Virus record (IMG/VR): IMGVR_UViG_3300025030_000053 | Coordinates: 1-64,000 of that record | Direction: 5' to 3' (one strand) | Origin: a virus | Length of the DNA stretch: 64,000 nt | Shown: positions 58,028-64,000 of the stretch, one piece after another | Position numbering within the stretch: the first letter of the stretch is position 1 | Layout: each line of letters opens with the position of its first letter | Program-made: the position numbers and the translations under genes | The notes under the pieces: model-generated | The model's database searches: none | Seen by the model: the letters and a program-made list of their open reading frames with translations, nothing else | Told to the model about the DNA's origin: nothing

Positions 58028-58921
58028 TCAAGAGCGTTTTCTTGTTGGATCGCCAACCCGGATGTCGTGCTGTCCTCTGGCTTGCATGACTTTGTTCACG
58101 GATTTGAAAAATCTTTCAAAAATAGGTTTCAAAACATCTCTTTGCCATTCTTTAATTTTTTCATTTAATTCTAATAATCTTTTTTTCTCTGATTGTTCAA
58201 CATATCTTCTACGAACCTGACCATGCTCTTGAAAAGTCTTTTTATAATCAGGACTCAATTCTGACAAGTCTAATAATCTTTTTTGCTGATCTGGACTCAT
58301 TCTGATATGCTCTGCTGAACTTTCCTGAAGTTTCCTTAGCCTATCCAATTTGTCTTGGCGCCCCCGGAGTGGATACAAAGATGATTCTTCCTGTTGTCTT
58401 AGTACATCATCAATTGGTTTTTTCCATTTCCAAATCTGAGCAGTTTTCAAAAATTCATTGAAACTTGAAGATTCTTTATGAATCACTCGTTCCTTTGCAA
58501 AATCTATTGCCTTGTTCTTGTTATGAAGAATATTTCTTATTAATTTTGCATATATCTCTTTTTCATTATTTCTTTCAGTTTTTTTAAACATTTCATAAAG
58601 TCTATCTGTGATAAATTTTAATTCTCTATTGAATTGTGATATTACAGCATCTAAATAAGACTCTGCTCCTTTTCCTTTGACACCACTGATCCCAGAAACA
58701 CCAGAAATCCAATCTTGTCCACCAATATATCCCAGTCCTTCAAGTCCTTTTCTTTTCAACCTTTGAAATAAATTTTGAGCAATCTTTTCCATAAAATCAT
58801 CAGATTGCTCAAAATTGGAATCAAAATCTAATTGTTCAGAAAATATTATATCTTTTTGCATAGCAACTAATATTTTATTTAAATCAAATAATATTCCTAC
58901 AATTAATCCAAAATTTTCCAA
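58028..58921 (-). CDS. Hypothetical protein with leader ending KIAQ (start probably 58861)
   Basis: SEQLDFDSNFEQSDDFMEKIAQ; internal LKTAQ. Confidence 0.65.
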   Translation of the reverse strand: MENFGLIVGILFDLNKILVAMQKDIIFSEQLDFDSNFEQSDDFMEKIAQNLFQRLKRKGLEGLGYIGGQDWISGVSGISGVKGKGAESYLDAVISQFNRELKFITDRLYEMFKKTERNNEKEIYAKLIRNILHNKNKAIDFAKERVIHKESSSFNEFLKTAQIWKWKKPIDDVLRQQEESSLYPLRGRQDKLDRLRKLQESSAEHIRMSPDQQKRLLDLSELSPDYKKTFQEHGQVRRRYVEQSEKKRLLELNEKIKEWQRDVLKPIFERFFKSVNKVMQARGQHDIRVGDPTRKRS

Positions 58922-59718
58922 AGAATATCAACAGATTTAACCAGCAACAATCTGGCTACTTCTTCCCCAGCACTTATCTGCTGGGTTGTCGTCCCAGATC
59001 CTTTACCAAAATGATAGACATGTACAACCAATTCTTCATCATCACTGGACAGCACCAATTGTGGAGCGCTGACTATTGTAATGTTCTTGTCTTTTACAAT
59101 ACGTGGATTTGGTACTACCATTCCTACATATCCATCAGGAATTCTAACAGACAATCCGGTTGAGACAACTGAAGAAACTCCAGGACGAAGCATCACATTA
59201 ATCACAGATTTCAAAGAAACTACCCCAGAATCAATTTGCGGATAAACTGATAAAGGATCTAAAAGTAATATTTCACCAAAATGCTGACTTGAATCTGTTT
59301 TATTATCCAAAGATGCTTGTGATGGTTTAGTTTCTATTTCAACATTATTTTTTGTCATATTTATATCCTCTCTGAGATACGCCTTTCCATATTTCTTTTC
59401 CCAATACGGTTTCAAAATTGCGGAAACTTTGCTCATGCGAAATTGAGTCAGTATGGCTACTGAAGCCATATCATGATCAAAACTTTCACCTTGGGAATGA
59501 TCGTTAAAAACTTGCAGCATATTATGCTGATCAGTTTGTCTTATTTCTCTATCTCTTGATTTATATATTTCTTTACCACTATCATCTTTCTTGCGAAGAT
59601 GGTATCTGACGCTCTCATCTGAGCCTAATTCGAAAAATTCTGCAATTTCTGAAATAGTTTTCTCTTGAACATAATATTTGATCAACAAATCAGATTTTTG
59701 TATTTTTGATTTTGACAT
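58903..59718 (-). CDS. HTH domain fused to a degenerate trimeric-dUTPase fold
   Basis: YYVQEKTISEIAEFF..SVRYHL HTH; LRPG...VSTGLSVRIPDGYVGMVVP..., ISAGEEVARLLL. Confidence 0.7.
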   Translation of the reverse strand: MSKSKIQKSDLLIKYYVQEKTISEIAEFFELGSDESVRYHLRKKDDSGKEIYKSRDREIRQTDQHNMLQVFNDHSQGESFDHDMASVAILTQFRMSKVSAILKPYWEKKYGKAYLREDINMTKNNVEIETKPSQASLDNKTDSSQHFGEILLLDPLSVYPQIDSGVVSLKSVINVMLRPGVSSVVSTGLSVRIPDGYVGMVVPNPRIVKDKNITIVSAPQLVLSSDDEELVVHVYHFGKGSGTTTQQISAGEEVARLLLVKSVDILWKILD

Positions 59719-59783
59719 TTCATATCCTCCAGACTTAATTATATTATATAGAATATATGACTACTTTTACTATTTTGACTATT

Positions 59784-62700
59784 TTATTGACCACACGACC
59801 CACTTGAAAAATTACATCGCTTGCATCTCAAAACACAACTTTTCTCTTTGACCATATCGAGGCTTCCGCAGGCAGGACACTGCTCTAATGAAGGTTTTTC
59901 TTTAGACGAAATTCTTATAATTTCATTTGAAACAGAAAAATCTACTGATTCTATTTCTTCTGCATATATTTTTTTAACCTGTTCTATTTTCTCAACAGAA
60001 GATACTTCAACAGCATTGACGTCATTGTCGTATTCATAGGATCCAATTTTTCCTATCACATCATAGATTGATTTAGCTATTTTTACGTTCGGATGCAACA
60101 CCTGCCCGCTTGGATCTTGGGCTATAGATCTCAACATAGAGAAATATTCCTCTTGGGGGACTCCGTGTTGCAATCCAATTGACACAGAACGCCCCAGTGC
60201 TCCTAGCGCAGTCCTTGTTGCTGCATCTTCTTCGGCATAATCAATGAATATTTCACCAAGAGTCCCATCTTCATATTCGCCCGTTCTCAAGAATATTTTA
60301 TGATACGGGCCACCAAAAGGACCAATTTGAAATTCATGTGTCTGTCCGAACCTCTTGTTCGGAAGTTTCCTTCGCTGAGCAACAAAGATATTTTTCTCTT
60401 CAACTTCAATTGACTGATTCAAATCGGTCAAAAATTCTACTGACTTGGAGAGTGTATTCAATGGTTGTGAAAGTTTACAACCATCGCGATAGAGTGCCAC
60501 ACATTTAACACCCAAATCGTGTGCCAGCCAATAACAATTTTCTACATCTTCAATAGTCGCATCTTCGAAGAGATTAATTGTTTTGCTTGATGCCCCACTT
60601 AGAAAAGATTGAGCAGCAGCCAATGCTTTGATGTGAGCATTATGATGAATATATCTGTTCCCATTTCCTGCTGGGACAGCACAATCAAACACTGGATAAT
60701 GCTCTTCTTTCACATGCGGTGCCCCTTCAATTGTTTGGTTGCCACAAATATAAATATTAGCTTGTTCTACTTCTTTATCTGTAAATCCCATCGATTTCAA
60801 TATTTGTTTTCCTATATCCATAGAATATAATTGTTCTTCTGGAATCCCAATCTCGATGCAATATTCTCGCCCGAGGGTGTGAGTGTTAAACGATTGGGAA
60901 ATATGAGAGAGTGATGGCAAAGAATCTTCAATATTTGCTAATTGTTCTTCGGACATAAGCTCCAATAAACTTTCCTCATCTAATCCGAAGTCTGGTAATT
61001 GTCCATGTCCTACAATATATTTTTCAATATCATCTATTTGCTCTGAAGTGTATCCAAGTTTTAGCAGTGCTTTAGACACCATTCTATTGACTATCTTGAT
61101 ATATCCTCCACCGGCCAATTTTTTGTGTTTCACTAGCGAAAAATCTGGTTCTATGCCGGTTGTATCACATGACATCAAAAGACCAATGGTGCCACAAGGG
61201 GCCAAAAGTGTCGTCTGGGCATTTCTAAAACCATATTTTTCACCTTCAGAAAGTACTTTGTCCCATACTTTTTGCGCATAGTTTAAAAGATATTCAGGAC
61301 AAAAATTAGGATCAATACCCATCGGTGGGACATTCAACATCTCATATTCATCTATCTTAGAATTATATGTTGCTCGTCTATGATTTCTAATAATTCTAAT
61401 CATGTGTTCTTGATTAGCTTCATATCGGTTGAATGGTATTTTTTCTTTTGCCATTTCTATTGAAGTCATATAAGATTCTCCTGTCAAAATAGCAGTCAAT
61501 ACGCCGATCCAAGCCCTAGACCTGTCAGAATCATATGGAATTCCTTGAAGCATCATCAAAGCTCCAATATCAGTATATCCCAATCCAAGTGTTCGGTAAT
61601 CCTCTACGCCTTTGGCGATAGCTGGTGTTGGAAGCAAAGCAGATTCTATTGTCATCTCTAATACAGAAGTCATCAAATGAACTACATGTCTGAATTGTTT
61701 AAGATCAAATTTGCCATTCTTTTCATCAAAGAATTTAGTTAGCCTGATAGACGCCAAATTGCACGCCGAAGAATCGAGCCATACAAATTCCGAGCATTGC
61801 GAAATTAAAATACCATTTGCATATACCAAATTATTTATAGGTTCTGTAAGATTATATGTATCTTCTTTACCACTATACTCAATTGATTGAATTACTATTT
61901 GATTATTAAAATTTCTTAATTTATATTTATTATTTTCTTTAATTATAATTGTTTTTTTATTAAAACAATCTATAATTTTTTGTGCTAATCTACATTCTTT
62001 TTCATCATCGAAATCTATTATTTCATATTCATTATTTAAATTAAAATATTTAGAATCCAATTGTATATTATTTTGTAAATTATCTATTAATTTAGATTTA
62101 TTATCTTTAATTGATATATCACTAAATAATGAAATAGGCATCCCTATTTTTAGATTTTTAGTTTGAATTTTTTCTCCATTAATATACCAATTATGATTTT
62201 CTGTACATTTAATTTCTCTACCATCAGAAAGAGTAATTTTATAAACATCATTCACTCCCGTGTACATATACGCCACTGGTCGACTAACAACGCCACCTTT
62301 GGTATATACCTCAGTCATAATTCCTAAATAAGACTTTTTTACTAACTCCTCAATTGTAATTAAACCATCTGGTGTAGCAATGCGTGTATCACCAGTAAAG
62401 CATGGATTGGTTGCGTGTATTTCACCATCATTCAAACAAGTATTCCAAGAGTTCATCGTATCTTTGTAATGAACTCCCGGATCAGCGCTCAACCATGCAG
62501 AGTAGCACAGCTTGTTCCACAACAAATTAGCGTCAATTGTTTTATAAATTTTTCCATCTGTTCTATTAGTCAGATTCCATTCTGAATTCTTTTTTACAGA
62601 ATTTAGAAAATTATCTGTTATGCAGATAGAATTATTAGAATTTTGTCCAGATATTGTATGATATGCCTCATCATTGAAATCATTAGTTAATTGAATAAAT

Positions 62701-64000
62701 TCCATTTTATTTTTACCTTGTTTGGCTATGTCTATGGCTCTTTTTATATAATTTATTTCAATATTATGAGATAATGCAAGGTTTATTAGATTTTTAATTT
62801 TTTTATGTTTATAAGAAGCATTTTTGCCCAATTCTTGCCAACATCTAATTATTTCGTTCAGAATTTGATCATTAGATTTAGACCCGGACAGCATTGACGC
62901 CACTTTCTGTTCCTCATTCACTTTCCAATCGATGAATTCTTCAATTTCTGGATGATCAATGTCCAAACTTACCATCTTCGCAGATCTTCTCGTATTAAAT
63001 ACAGCTATGCCAGATCCAGATATCTCAGAGGTAGACCAGATTACGAAATTATGCCCACTTTGTGGACTTTTGTCATCTGGCGTTTCGCACTCAACCTCAA
63101 TATCATATACCGGCATAATTCCTATATTTTCTACAGAAATTACTTTATGATTATTTTTATATACTTCTTTGACAAAATTATTATAATTTCCAAAATTATT
63201 ATTTATTTTCTCTTTTAATTGTTTAATAGATCCTATTCTTCCAATAACTATTTTTCGTCCATAAACATATTCTTCAAATTCATTAATAGAATATCCACTA
63301 TTTATTATTTTATATGCAAGATTCATCATTTTAAACTTTATAGATTCTTTTTGCATATCCGTGGATCTACAGGAAGATATTAAAATTTTAGATTGTTTTT
63401 CTTTAAATTTATGAACTCTATTAGTATCTTTCCAAAATTTTGAAGATTTATGCATTCCATTATTTTCACCACTATGGTCAAATTTAATCATTTGAAATGT
63501 ATGTTTACCCTCTTTAGATAAGCCCAATCCGTGCAATCGTGCATGCTGAGATTGTGTCATAATTTCAAAATTAGACGGATGATTATTGTATATGTTGCCA
63601 TCTTTATGGTGAATAATTTTTCCATCAAGTTCAATACCCATAAGATCTCTGGCAACCATTCGGTGCCAATCTTCTTTACCAGAAAATCCATCTCTTCTTT
63701 CTATCCTAGCATATCCATCTTTGCGTTTGTTCATATGGCAAGCAAATAAAGAATTTCCAGGAATCAAATTACCAGCTAATACCATTTTCCCATCAGACAA
63801 TTTTACCGGATGATCAAATGATAATTCGAATTGACCTTTATCTGTAATAATTCTGACTACTTCTTTTTCTCCCGAGTACCATGCTTCAGCCCATTTGGCC
63901 TTATATCGTTTTGCTGGAGGATCATAACTAATGACAACAAATTTATTTTTTTGATCAGATAATGTTTTAATCGGAATTGGACCTTTTTCAGTATAAACCA
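59784..64000 (-). CDS. nrdJ: Class II (B12-dependent) ribonucleotide reductase, 5'-truncated, with two inteins
   Basis: TRRSAKM..LDIDHPEI, SGQNSNNS, ADPG, NP|CSE..ACNLAS, RTLGLG, RNAQ..LAPCGTI, YRDGCK, C-terminal zinc ribbon; frame open to the window edge. Confidence 0.95.
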   Translation of the reverse strand, partial: VYTEKGPIPIKTLSDQKNKFVVISYDPPAKRYKAKWAEAWYSGEKEVVRIITDKGQFELSFDHPVKLSDGKMVLAGNLIPGNSLFACHMNKRKDGYARIERRDGFSGKEDWHRMVARDLMGIELDGKIIHHKDGNIYNNHPSNFEIMTQSQHARLHGLGLSKEGKHTFQMIKFDHSGENNGMHKSSKFWKDTNRVHKFKEKQSKILISSCRSTDMQKESIKFKMMNLAYKIINSGYSINEFEEYVYGRKIVIGRIGSIKQLKEKINNNFGNYNNFVKEVYKNNHKVISVENIGIMPVYDIEVECETPDDKSPQSGHNFVIWSTSEISGSGIAVFNTRRSAKMVSLDIDHPEIEEFIDWKVNEEQKVASMLSGSKSNDQILNEIIRCWQELGKNASYKHKKIKNLINLALSHNIEINYIKRAIDIAKQGKNKMEFIQLTNDFNDEAYHTISGQNSNNSICITDNFLNSVKKNSEWNLTNRTDGKIYKTIDANLLWNKLCYSAWLSADPGVHYKDTMNSWNTCLNDGEIHATNPCFTGDTRIATPDGLITIEELVKKSYLGIMTEVYTKGGVVSRPVAYMYTGVNDVYKITLSDGREIKCTENHNWYINGEKIQTKNLKIGMPISLFSDISIKDNKSKLIDNLQNNIQLDSKYFNLNNEYEIIDFDDEKECRLAQKIIDCFNKKTIIIKENNKYKLRNFNNQIVIQSIEYSGKEDTYNLTEPINNLVYANGILISQCSEFVWLDSSACNLASIRLTKFFDEKNGKFDLKQFRHVVHLMTSVLEMTIESALLPTPAIAKGVEDYRTLGLGYTDIGALMMLQGIPYDSDRSRAWIGVLTAILTGESYMTSIEMAKEKIPFNRYEANQEHMIRIIRNHRRATYNSKIDEYEMLNVPPMGIDPNFCPEYLLNYAQKVWDKVLSEGEKYGFRNAQTTLLAPCGTIGLLMSCDTTGIEPDFSLVKHKKLAGGGYIKIVNRMVSKALLKLGYTSEQIDDIEKYIVGHGQLPDFGLDEESLLELMSEEQLANIEDSLPSLSHISQSFNTHTLGREYCIEIGIPEEQLYSMDIGKQILKSMGFTDKEVEQANIYICGNQTIEGAPHVKEEHYPVFDCAVPAGNGNRYIHHNAHIKALAAAQSFLSGASSKTINLFEDATIEDVENCYWLAHDLGVKCVALYRDGCKLSQPLNTLSKSVEFLTDLNQSIEVEEKNIFVAQRRKLPNKRFGQTHEFQIGPFGGPYHKIFLRTGEYEDGTLGEIFIDYAEEDAATRTALGALGRSVSIGLQHGVPQEEYFSMLRSIAQDPSGQVLHPNVKIAKSIYDVIGKIGSYEYDNDVNAVEVSSVEKIEQVKKIYAEEIESVDFSVSNEIIRISSKEKPSLEQCPACGSLDMVKEKSCVLRCKRCNFSSGSCGQ
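61797..62402 (-). mobile_element. Mini-intein (202 aa) ending in Gln, in the RNR active-site NPC motif
   Basis: NP|CFTGDTRIATPDG, CTENH, TYNLTEP..YANGILISQ|CSE. Confidence 0.9.
62994..64000 (-). mobile_element. HNH-containing intein in RNR (first residues outside the window)
   Basis: VYTEKGPIPIK, SFDH, WHRMVA..IHHKDGNIYNN.PSN, VYDIEV..HNF..AVFN|T. Confidence 0.88.

Noticed and set aside
1239-63749. Numerous short antisense or nested ORFs in the ORF track
   Set aside because: They overlap well-supported genes, show no recognisable motifs, and read as Ser/Phe/Leu-rich shadow frames.
1-64000. Stop-codon reassignment
   Set aside because: Conserved genes are full length in code 11, and TAA, TAG and TGA all terminate genes. 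The few open stretches after TAA (about 389..502 and 39078..39237) are better explained as remnants.
1-64000. CRISPR arrays, tRNA, rRNA, group I/II introns
   Set aside because: Intergenic gaps are short; no spaced repeat array, cloverleaf or split gene resuming downstream was seen by eye. A tRNAscan/Infernal run would be needed to exclude them formally.

Overview
64 kb from a large tailed dsDNA phage (jumbo-phage-like, standard code 11); almost all genes are on the minus strand and no host is identifiable from this window. Right to left it holds: (1) a replication and nucleotide block with class II ribonucleotide reductase (two inteins), an HTH-fused degenerate dUTPase, a thymidylate synthase remnant interrupted by an HTH+HNH cassette, DnaX, a SigH-like sigma factor, DnaN, HolA and RuvC; (2) a head-morphogenesis block with terminase subunits, two paralogous beta-rich structural proteins, many putative internal head proteins, an intein-containing portal with a C-terminal DUF559-like nuclease domain, a 1407-aa prohead protease, scaffold, cement/decoration protein and an HK97-fold major capsid protein (MCP); (3) an accessory block with two LAGLIDADG endonucleases, two DUF2156-like transferases, a DNA methyltransferase, a SNF2 helicase, a zinc-finger-array nuclease and PurA. 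Most notable: a second MCP copy fused to a ribbon-helix-helix DNA-binding domain, SigH-consensus promoters (AGGA-N17-GAAT) ahead of late genes, a recurrent K/R-x-A leader motif that may route enzymes into the capsid, and a natural zinc-finger-repeat nuclease. No tRNA, rRNA or CRISPR array was seen. All family calls are by motif recognition, not database search.
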